Part shown: piece after piece, positions 56,399 through 64,000 of the stretch
How positions within the stretch are numbered: position 1 is the stretch's first letter
How the letters are laid out: each line of letters begins with the position of its first letter
Origin: Nitrospirota bacterium
GTDB taxonomy: Bacteria; Nitrospirota; Nitrospiria; 2-01-FULL-66-17
Direction of reading: 5' to 3'
NCBI GenBank assembly: GCA_049325335.1
Contig: JBMOMC010000006.1
Span: forward strand, 1-64,000
DNA: 64,000 nucleotides
The notes under the pieces: generated by a model
What the model was told of the DNA's origin: nothing
Databases searched by the model: none
What the model saw: only the letters and a program-made list of their open reading frames with translations
Made by a program: the position numbers and the translations under genes

Positions 56399-56542
56399 CT
56401 TGTGGAAGTCCGCGGGCTTGTGCTAGATTCGCGGCACGTCGGCGTCCGCGGAGACTTCTCGTGCCTCATCCCTGACGCTCCCCCAGCCGACCTCGGACCG
56501 GAACGCCGATCTCATGAACGCCTGGCTGAAGAAGGACGGGTC

Positions 56543-57598
56543 ATGCGCGTTGGAATGATCCCCGAAAATCCCTTGGAGTGGGTGGCGGCGCGAGCCAACG
56601 CGCTGCCGTTTCCCGTAGCCGATACGTTCGTGGCCATCATCCAGGCCCGGGCGATCATGGCCGCGACCCGGCTCGGCGTGTTCGGCGCGCTGGCGAAGAC
56701 GCCGGCCTCGGCCGCGGAACTGGCGGCCAGGCTGTCGTGCACGGAAAAGGGGATCCAGATCCTGCTGAACACGCTCGTCGGGTGCGGATACGCAGTGGAG
56801 ACCGCCGGGCGCTACGACCTCGCGCCGCGCGCGCGCAAGTGGGTCACGCCGGATGACCCGCGGTCCATGAACCACTTCATCGACTTTCAGTACGATCACT
56901 GGGAGTGGTGGACCCGCCTTGAAGACGCCATTCGCACCGGGGCGACATTGGACCTGCACGCGGGCATGCTCGATCCGGCCGGGTGGCGCCGCTACATCTA
57001 CGGGCTGCACGATCTGTCCAAAATGGCGGCCAAGGAGCTCGTGCTGCGATTCCGGTTGAAGCCAAACCAGACGCGCCTGCTCGACATCGGGGGCGGCCAC
57101 GGAGCGTACGTCGCGGCGTATTGTCGCCGATACCCCAATCTGCAAACCGTCATCTTTGATCTGCCGCCGTCCCTCGATGTGGCGCGCGAGATCGTCGGAA
57201 CCCTGTATCGTGACGTGGCGGATCGGATCGCCTTTCGCCCGGGCGACCTGGTCAAAGACGACTTTGGCTCCGGCTATGACGTGATCTTTCTGTTCAACGT
57301 CCTGCACCACTTCGACGACGCGGCGATCCGCCAGACGTTCCAGAAAGTCGCCAATGCGTTGAATCCCGGCGGGACGTTCGTGATCCTCGATCAGTTCAAG
57401 CGCGACAAGGCCGCGGGCCCGGAATCCTACGCCGCGGTCCTGACGCAGCTCCTGTTCCTGGTCACCAGCAACGCGGGAAGCCTGGATCTGGGCAACGTCC
57501 GTACGTGGCTGGGGGAGTCAGGTTTTTCGACCGTGCAGTCGAAAAACCTTCGTGTCGGTCCCGGAACCTCGTACGTCACGGCGATCAAACGCTCGTGA
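56543..57598 (+). CDS. SAM-dependent O-methyltransferase with N-terminal dimerisation wHTH
   Basis: ATRLGVF.AL....SAAELA, LLDIGGGHG, FDLP, GD...DDF..YD, NVLHHF, LNPGG. Confidence 0.9.
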   Translation: MRVGMIPENPLEWVAARANALPFPVADTFVAIIQARAIMAATRLGVFGALAKTPASAAELAARLSCTEKGIQILLNTLVGCGYAVETAGRYDLAPRARKWVTPDDPRSMNHFIDFQYDHWEWWTRLEDAIRTGATLDLHAGMLDPAGWRRYIYGLHDLSKMAAKELVLRFRLKPNQTRLLDIGGGHGAYVAAYCRRYPNLQTVIFDLPPSLDVAREIVGTLYRDVADRIAFRPGDLVKDDFGSGYDVIFLFNVLHHFDDAAIRQTFQKVANALNPGGTFVILDQFKRDKAAGPESYAAVLTQLLFLVTSNAGSLDLGNVRTWLGESGFSTVQSKNLRVGPGTSYVTAIKRS

Positions 57599-57616
57599 AA
57601 CCCGTGAGGTCGCTCC

Positions 57617-60600
57617 ATGACGATCGTGCCCAAGGGCATCCTGATCGTCGGCATCGCCATCGCGACGGCGGCGATCGGCATCTTGGTCCTCAAAGAGCGC
57701 CGCGCCGCTGCCAATGTGGCGGGCTTCTTCTTATGCCTGGCGGCCGCCTTTCAGGCCTTGTTCCTCTTCGGCCGCGAGTGGCTGCTCGACCGGAACCAAG
57801 TCCCGCTTCCGTGGAATAACTTCGCCGACGCCAGCGGCGCGCTATTTTCGTTTGCCGCGGTGTCGTTCGCGCTGGCGTTTCCCAAGCCCATCCCTCATTT
57901 CCGCCTGGCGGTCATCCCGCTCGCCGTGGTCTCGGCGCCCATTGCCGGAATCGCGCTGGCCGGCGGCAATTTCGCCGAGCACGCCGTCGTCGATGGCGTC
58001 CACGTCTTCACCACGACCACGTTCTATCAGGTCTATGTCGCCTACGCCTTGCTCTCCATGGTGGCGACGTTCGGCATCCTGGTGGCCAAGTACCGCCAAG
58101 CCGGGACTGCGAGCGCGAACGAGACCGCCCGGAAAGCGGTCGGGACGGTCCTGATCGGCTTCTCTGGCGCGATCGCGGTCGGGCTCATTTTCGCATTCAT
58201 CCTGCCCCTGCTCTTCCATGAGGTCCGGTACTTCTATCTGCAAACGCTCGGGTTTCTGATCGCCACCATCGTCGTCTTCTATTCCGTGGTTCGGTTCCGG
58301 GCGTTCGACGTCCAGACCGTGGTCCACAAGACCCTGAGCTGGCTTGCCCTGTCCTCGGTGCCACTTGCGGTCGCCTTCTGGGTGGGGTCGTGGCTCAAGC
58401 CGCGCATGGCGGAGGCATCGGCGTCGGAGTGGGGGCTGGCCATCGGGGGAATCGGATTTCTTTGCGGCCTGTACCTGTACGTCGCGCAACCTTATATCGA
58501 CCAGCTCTTCGACCGGAGAAAGCATAACCTCCGGCGGACCCTGGAGGAGATGATCACGGATCTGGCTGTCCTCCAGGAACTCCGTCCCATGGCGGAGGGC
58601 ATTCTCGCGCGCGTCTGCCGCGTACTTCCGGTCGAGGGCGCCAGCGCGCTGGTCCTTGCCGATTCCCGCGATCGGCTAGTGGTCGTGGCCTCGCAGGGTC
58701 ATGGCGCGACCGACTCGATCGGGGTTGGTGCCGCCGTCCTGAAACGGCTCGAAACCGGAGACGTGTTGGCGTTCGATCGTGCCGGTGACGATTCGGCGCG
58801 GCAGTGGCTCGAGACATCGAACTTCGCGCTCTGCTTCCCCCTGGTCCAGCAGGGGCAAGTCGTCGGAGCGATCGCACTCGGAAAGAAACGGAACCTCCGC
58901 CGGTTTGCCCCGCGGGAGATCGCGTTTCTCTCGCGAGTGGCTGCCACCGCGACGATCGCGTTTTCCAATTCGCTGCTCCTGGAACGAGTCCGTGAGCTCG
59001 ACCGTCTCAAGACGGAATTTCTCTCGGAGATCGCCCACGAGTTGCGCGGGCCGCTCTTCGGCATTTCGAGCATTGCGGACGGGCTCACGGCGGACGACGA
59101 TCACGCGCTCACCGAAGACCACCGCCGGTTGATCGATGTGATTCGCGTGACGGCGGTGGAGATGAAGGAGCTGGTAGAGCATCTCTTTGATTTGAACAAG
59201 ATCGAAATGGGCATCATGAGATTCGATGTCCAGCCAGTGGACGTCCCCACCGTAGTGCGTCTGGCGGCCGATTTGGCGCGGGATTCGGCTCGGGCGAAGG
59301 GCCTCAGTCTCGAGGTGGCGTTAGACGATGATCTCCCGCTCGTCGAGGGAGACCGGACGCGGATCAGGCAATGCGTCACCAACCTGCTCTCGAACGCGAT
59401 CAAGTACACGGACAAGGGCACGATCCGCCTGTCCTGCGGGCTTGAGGGAACCGGCGTGCGGGTGGCTGTCGCGGACACCGGACCGGGGATGGCGCCGGAA
59501 GAAGTGAAGACGGCGTTCGATCGCTACCGCCGCGGCCGAGAGGTGGGGGCCATCGAGGGGACCGGCCTGGGGTTGGCGCTCACCAAGGAGATCATCGAGG
59601 CCCACGGAGGCAGTGTGGCGGTTGACAGTGCGCCGGGGAAGGGAAGCACGTTCTTCTTTGATCTTCCGATCCAACAGGCGACGCCCCAGCGCATGACGGA
59701 TGGGGCGCACCGGTGGCCGGGCCGGCCGTTGCTCAGAACCCACGCATCTCTGGGGACAGGGCTCCAAGGCGGCTCGTCGTGGACCATGCCGGAGTCCCTG
59801 CATGGCCGTGGCGAAACTGTTCTTGTAGCTGATGATTCTGAGACGGATCGCGAGGCGCTCCGAGCGTCGCTGGTGGGCAAGGGCTACACGGTCCTGGCCG
59901 CGAAAGACGGCATGGAAGCGCTGGATCTGGTGCGCACCCACAAGCCTGGTCTGGTCGTGACCGACTTGATGATGCCCCGGCTGTCGGGCGCCGAGCTCTG
60001 CCGGCTGCTGAAAGAGGATCCCGACACGGCGTCCATCCCCGTGATCCTGGTAACGGCCCGGAATAGCCTGGGCGACATGGTGTTCGGGATCGAGATGGGG
60101 GCCGATGACTACGTGGCCAAGCCGTATGACGCGCACGAACTGGCCGTGCGGATCTCCGCGCTGCTGCGTATGCGGCGGATCAGGGAGGACCTTGAATCAG
60201 CCCAGGCCCGTCTAGTGGAGATGGAACTGATCGCCACCTCGGCGGGGACCTTGGCGCACGCAGTCAAGAATCCCGTGGTGATCATCAGAAACTACGTGAA
60301 GTGGCTGCGGGACGCAATCGAGCGCTCGGACAGACGAGAAACTGGTGACGCGCTGGCACGGATCGACGCGGCGGCCGCGGCCATTGCGCGGATCATCGAT
60401 GGCCTCAAGCGGGCCCACCTGGATCGGCCGCGGAAGACTTGGGTCCACCTGCCGGAACTCCTGGATGGCACGCTTCGCGAAATGGCGGAGACAGCGGCCG
60501 GGGCGGGCGTCCATGTGGTCCGGGACTACGAGGAGGGGCTGCCTGCGGTGGAGGCGGACGCGGCGCAGCTCGCGATGGCGTTCACCAATCTGCTGACCAA

Positions 60601-60925
60601 CGCGATCGAGGCAATGCCTCATGGGGGGACCCTGACGCTGCGAACGTTTGCGGGATCTGATGGTATCCAGACCGAGATTGAGGATTCCGGGCCCGGGATT
60701 CGAGAGGAGTTACAGGAGCACCTGTTCAAGCCGTTCATCACAACCAAGATCGGCGGTACCGGACTTGGGCTTTGGACCACGAGGCGGATCATCGAGTCGC
60801 ATCACGCAGGACGCCTGACGATCGACTCGGTCCCGGGCAAAGGCACCGTGGTCCGGGTGTGGATGCCGACGCGAAGCCCGGCGAGCACCGCTCTGCGAGA
60901 GGTGGTGAGTCATGGAACGAGCTGA
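57617..60925 (+). CDS. multi-TM hybrid sensor kinase (TM sensor-GAF-HisKA-HATPase-REC-HisKA-HATPase)
   Basis: About 8-9 N-terminal TMs; GAF-like region; AHELRGPL, NLLSNAIKY, DTGPG, GTGLGL; TDLMMP; AHAVKNP, NAIEA, DSGPG, GTGLGL. Confidence 0.92.
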   Translation: MTIVPKGILIVGIAIATAAIGILVLKERRAAANVAGFFLCLAAAFQALFLFGREWLLDRNQVPLPWNNFADASGALFSFAAVSFALAFPKPIPHFRLAVIPLAVVSAPIAGIALAGGNFAEHAVVDGVHVFTTTTFYQVYVAYALLSMVATFGILVAKYRQAGTASANETARKAVGTVLIGFSGAIAVGLIFAFILPLLFHEVRYFYLQTLGFLIATIVVFYSVVRFRAFDVQTVVHKTLSWLALSSVPLAVAFWVGSWLKPRMAEASASEWGLAIGGIGFLCGLYLYVAQPYIDQLFDRRKHNLRRTLEEMITDLAVLQELRPMAEGILARVCRVLPVEGASALVLADSRDRLVVVASQGHGATDSIGVGAAVLKRLETGDVLAFDRAGDDSARQWLETSNFALCFPLVQQGQVVGAIALGKKRNLRRFAPREIAFLSRVAATATIAFSNSLLLERVRELDRLKTEFLSEIAHELRGPLFGISSIADGLTADDDHALTEDHRRLIDVIRVTAVEMKELVEHLFDLNKIEMGIMRFDVQPVDVPTVVRLAADLARDSARAKGLSLEVALDDDLPLVEGDRTRIRQCVTNLLSNAIKYTDKGTIRLSCGLEGTGVRVAVADTGPGMAPEEVKTAFDRYRRGREVGAIEGTGLGLALTKEIIEAHGGSVAVDSAPGKGSTFFFDLPIQQATPQRMTDGAHRWPGRPLLRTHASLGTGLQGGSSWTMPESLHGRGETVLVADDSETDREALRASLVGKGYTVLAAKDGMEALDLVRTHKPGLVVTDLMMPRLSGAELCRLLKEDPDTASIPVILVTARNSLGDMVFGIEMGADDYVAKPYDAHELAVRISALLRMRRIREDLESAQARLVEMELIATSAGTLAHAVKNPVVIIRNYVKWLRDAIERSDRRETGDALARIDAAAAAIARIIDGLKRAHLDRPRKTWVHLPELLDGTLREMAETAAGAGVHVVRDYEEGLPAVEADAAQLAMAFTNLLTNAIEAMPHGGTLTLRTFAGSDGIQTEIEDSGPGIREELQEHLFKPFITTKIGGTGLGLWTTRRIIESHHAGRLTIDSVPGKGTVVRVWMPTRSPASTALREVVSHGTS

Positions 60926-62333
60926 GATTCTGGTCGTTGAAGACGACCCCAACTACGTCGAACTGTACGGAGCGGTCTTGAAGGCCGCGGGATACACGAC
61001 CGCCGTCGCGTCCGATCCCCAAGCCGCGCTCGCAGCGATCCATCGGCGCGCACCGGACCTGGTGCTCCTCGATCTGACCTTTGAGGGCACGCCGCAGGCC
61101 GGGTTGGACTTCATTCCTGACGCGCTCCATCGACAGCCGGACCTTCCTATCACCGTGGTGAGTAGCCAGGATCAGAGCGCGATCATCACCAAGGCCCTGG
61201 AACTGGGCGCGGTGGATTACATCGTGAAGGATCAATCGCTCTACGACCTGCTCGCGTTCCGGGTGGGGCAGACGCTGACCCGCACGCGCCTGGAGCGGCG
61301 GATCAAGATGGACGGCGGGTTCATCTTCGACGCGGGCCGGGTGATCATCGGGCGGTCTCCAGCGATGGTGCATGTCTACGACCTGATCGAGCGCGTTGCC
61401 CAGCACCGGTCCACCGTGCTCATCCTGGGGGAGAGCGGGACCGGGAAGGAACTGGTGGCCCAAGCCATCCACGCGCGCAAGGGGCTGCCCAGCGCGCCGT
61501 TCGTCTCGATCGATTGCGGCGCCGTACCGAAGTCCGTCTTGGAACCCGAGTTGTTTGGGGTGAAGGCGAATTACCCAGGCTTTCACAACAAAGAGCGGCT
61601 GGTCGGCAAGCTGGAGGCCGCCGGAGAAGGAACGCTCTTCCTCGATGAGATCGGCAACATGGAGATGGACCTGCAGGCCTCCCTGTTGCGCGTACTTGAG
61701 GAGCGCCGGTTCACACCGATCGGGGACACGACACCTCAATCGCTCAAAGCCCAGGTCGTCGCCTCGACCAACGTCAACATCGACGCGGCCATCCGAACGG
61801 GAAAGTTCCGCGAAGATCTCTACTATCGCCTGAACGAAGTCCCGATCGTGTTGCCCCCGCTGCGCGACCGGAAGGAGGACATTCCCTTGTTGGTGCGACA
61901 CGTGCTCGCTCAACACGAGGTGCGGTCGGGCGATCGGATCGAGATCGTGCCGGAGGCGGTGGAGAAACTGATGGCCTACGATTGGCCCGGCAATGTGCGG
62001 GAACTCGTCAAGACGTTGCAGCGAGCGGCGACATTGTGCCGGTCCCGTTATCTCACGCCGAAAGATTTCGATCTCAGCCCGTCCACGGCCAAGCCCACGG
62101 CTGGGGCGATCGAATTTACACCCGTTGACGAGTCGGTCCTGTCGATTTCGGTTCGTGTGCCGTTCGAGAGTACGCCGTTGGCCGAGTTCACGCGCGCTGC
62201 GAGAAGGGCATACGCCAAGCATGCCATGGCGCAGTCCAAGGGCAATCGGCTCATGGCAGCGGGGCTGTTAGGCGTCGACATCAGAACACTGCGACGGTTG
62301 CTGAATAACCGCAGTGGAGACGAGGGGACGTGA
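60912..62333 (+). CDS. NtrC-like response regulator (REC-AAA+-HTH) with non-canonical GAFTGA loop
   Basis: VEDD/LLDL receiver; GESGTGKE, FLDEIG, FREDLYYRL, WPGNVREL, Fis-type HTH; ELFGVKANYPGF in place of ELFGHxxGAFTGA. Confidence 0.92.
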   Translation: MERAEILVVEDDPNYVELYGAVLKAAGYTTAVASDPQAALAAIHRRAPDLVLLDLTFEGTPQAGLDFIPDALHRQPDLPITVVSSQDQSAIITKALELGAVDYIVKDQSLYDLLAFRVGQTLTRTRLERRIKMDGGFIFDAGRVIIGRSPAMVHVYDLIERVAQHRSTVLILGESGTGKELVAQAIHARKGLPSAPFVSIDCGAVPKSVLEPELFGVKANYPGFHNKERLVGKLEAAGEGTLFLDEIGNMEMDLQASLLRVLEERRFTPIGDTTPQSLKAQVVASTNVNIDAAIRTGKFREDLYYRLNEVPIVLPPLRDRKEDIPLLVRHVLAQHEVRSGDRIEIVPEAVEKLMAYDWPGNVRELVKTLQRAATLCRSRYLTPKDFDLSPSTAKPTAGAIEFTPVDESVLSISVRVPFESTPLAEFTRAARRAYAKHAMAQSKGNRLMAAGLLGVDIRTLRRLLNNRSGDEGT

Positions 62334-62431
62334 TGGAAAGAGATCGCGCTTTGCAGCTCCCTCTGAACACCGCTTCTACAGGCAGTCTTGCCGCGAGTCT
62401 CTGCCGTTCGTCTCCCCGCCCTCCAATGCCT

Positions 62432-63652
62432 TCAACTGAAGAAATTGAACGATCTTGACTCAGGAAATTTACAATTAGGATTTCTAAAGAGCAGTCCCTC
62501 ATTGTAGAAGCGGCTAACGTTGGTAGTCCTCTCGCTTCTGACTTCTGACCAATAGCCTATTGCTGCGACGTGAGAGAGCCCGGGCTTCGCAAGCTCAAGG
62601 CAGGTCATGATTTGCAGGGCGCTATCCGTATTTAGACCGTGAAGATCATCTATCCCTTCTAAAAAACACCAAATCAGACCGGGTCGTGACGTATCTAATT
62701 GCCCAACAGCATTGGAAATCCTATCCCTGATGCCAGATACGACATGATCAGCCTTGTTCGACTTCAAGATCAGTTCAACGGGATCAACGGGGTGCCCACC
62801 GTGGCCCCTTGCGAAAACTGCCCCGTGAGCGTGGTGTTGCTCTTCCTTGTTCAGCTTTTCGTACAGGTTGCTGTAGCACGAAGCAAAATCCACAGCGGCT
62901 TTGCTCGATCTCTCTAGCTCTACGTGTAATGTCCCTTGATCGATAGACCGAAAGCCGTGGTTTCCCGTGGTCCTTATTGATTGAATGACTGAGTGCAATA
63001 AGGTGTCCAAGTACTGCTCATTGGTATGAAGCCGGTCGTTTAACGTGAGATCAATTGTCCCCGAATATCCCATCTTCTCGATTTCGGGAATCAGCTTTTC
63101 TGCAAGTCGGTAAAAGTCTCTCCGTCTAATCTTTCTGGACGCGTCTACGCTTATTCGTTTGCACTCAACATTAAATTCTACCGTGGGGGCTTTCACTAGG
63201 AACTCTGAATGGCGGCGAGAGTCGTCACTGTGCCATTGAATTGAATAGCCCTTCACATAAAAAGGCCATGCCGCTGCTATCTCAAACAGAGCGTCATATG
63301 ATCGTTCGTCAACAGTAAGGTCCCGACGATATTTCTCTCTGATCGAGTCGGGCATCAGTTTCTGAAGAGTAGTTATCTTTTTCGCATCAGCAGCTAGGTT
63401 CTTCAGTTCGCCCGTAAGGTTTAATCGTAGAGACTTGCCAGCCTTGAGCAGCGCACGATACTCGCTAAGAGCTTGCCACCATGGATGCCTATATTTTAGA
63501 AAATACTCCCGATATACCGGGCCAGCCGATCGGAGGGCCTTTTCGTATCTTTCGAGTTGTTTCTCCACAGTAATTGGCCCTAGAAACCGAATGAGTTTCC
63601 TGACCAAATTCGACACCTCAGTGTCATGAAGCTCTGCAACTGACTGCGTCAT
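62432..63652 (-). CDS. hypothetical protein, lower GC, possible PD-(D/E)xK-like fold
   Basis: 406-aa ORF in visibly AT-richer DNA; LFE..A....Y, SEFLV...FNVECK. Confidence 0.7.
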   Translation of the reverse strand: MTQSVAELHDTEVSNLVRKLIRFLGPITVEKQLERYEKALRSAGPVYREYFLKYRHPWWQALSEYRALLKAGKSLRLNLTGELKNLAADAKKITTLQKLMPDSIREKYRRDLTVDERSYDALFEIAAAWPFYVKGYSIQWHSDDSRRHSEFLVKAPTVEFNVECKRISVDASRKIRRRDFYRLAEKLIPEIEKMGYSGTIDLTLNDRLHTNEQYLDTLLHSVIQSIRTTGNHGFRSIDQGTLHVELERSSKAAVDFASCYSNLYEKLNKEEQHHAHGAVFARGHGGHPVDPVELILKSNKADHVVSGIRDRISNAVGQLDTSRPGLIWCFLEGIDDLHGLNTDSALQIMTCLELAKPGLSHVAAIGYWSEVRSERTTNVSRFYNEGLLFRNPNCKFPESRSFNFFS

Positions 63653-63700
63653 TTTATGGCGCGGAGTTTTGAGAGTTTCCGCGTCTCACGGCAACCTTGA

Positions 63701-64000
63701 TTATGGTAACGGAGCCAAGAGACCTCTCCTTGACTTGATGGTGATCGCGTCAGATGGACGGCGCTCAAAATCTTCATCCGAGATCTTGTGCATTATTTGG
63801 GGTGTGCCTCCGTCGGGAGGAATGAAGAGGACTGTTGCTGCGGCGGAACCAGACCGCATGACGTCCGGGCCTACCGCAAAGCAATCGCCAAATAGAACGC
63901 CTAGCGGCCCGTCAAAGCTATGATCCTTGTAAAACTTCAGCACGCGGCAGTTGGTGAGTTGTATCTGATCGGGATCGATCCTAGAGAAACGATCATAAAA
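63701..64000 (-). CDS. hypothetical protein, C-terminal part (5' end outside window)
   Basis: Frame open from 64000 (FYDRFSRIDPDQIQLTNCRVLKFYKDH...) to stop at 63701. Confidence 0.55.
   Translation of the reverse strand, partial: FYDRFSRIDPDQIQLTNCRVLKFYKDHSFDGPLGVLFGDCFAVGPDVMRSGSAAATVLFIPPDGGTPQIMHKISDEDFERRPSDAITIKSRRGLLAPLP

Noticed and set aside
126..62222. Many long overlapping or antisense ORFs in the track (e.g. 126-1331, 3954-5213, 12833-14254, 32312-34189, 44139-45626, 60789-62222)
   Set aside because: Shadow frames of well-supported high-GC genes; Arg/Pro/Gly-rich with no family motifs
1..64000. Integrase, transposase, tRNA, rRNA or CRISPR array delimiting the island
   Set aside because: None recognised; the only mobile signature is the 147-bp MITE, and the boxA-like motif is not followed by rRNA-like sequence

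Overview
GC-rich window from a diderm bacterium (TolC, Pal and FadL homologues; lineage not determinable from sequence alone). About 53 kb (1-53100) is an almost entirely co-oriented copper/heavy-metal and stress island. Metal handling: a 5'-truncated cusA, a czcCBA-type RND system, a cupredoxin, a MerR-family regulator with a long-spacer dyad promoter, two P1B-type ATPases, a CopA/CopB multicopper oxidase pair, six YHS domains and three Met-rich exported proteins. Accessory enzymes: archaeal-type SAM synthetase, type II GAPDH, PpsA, GH57, a D-2-hydroxyacid dehydrogenase, FtsH, HtpX, USP, a beta-CASP nuclease, a UbiB kinase, two ICMT-like methyltransferases and a patatin. There is also a TolC-HlyD-ABC exporter. 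After an orphan minus-strand gene comes a FadL + O-methyltransferase + hybrid histidine kinase + atypical NtrC-like module (55157-62333), then a lower-GC foreign segment. Main candidates for undescribed biology: (1) two paralogous exported leader ORFs ending in LYxL(H/N)RxYR(L/I), each followed by a ~110-nt spacer that can pair over the next translation start (candidate metal-responsive arrest/attenuator peptides); (2) a phcBSR-like candidate lipid-signal circuit whose activator lacks GAFTGA; (3) a 59-aa ORF coupled to the cusA stop that carries a diverged copy of CusA's own Met-site segment; (4) a repeated YHS + Met-rich helical protein module. Functional statements are inferences from motifs; no database searches were run.
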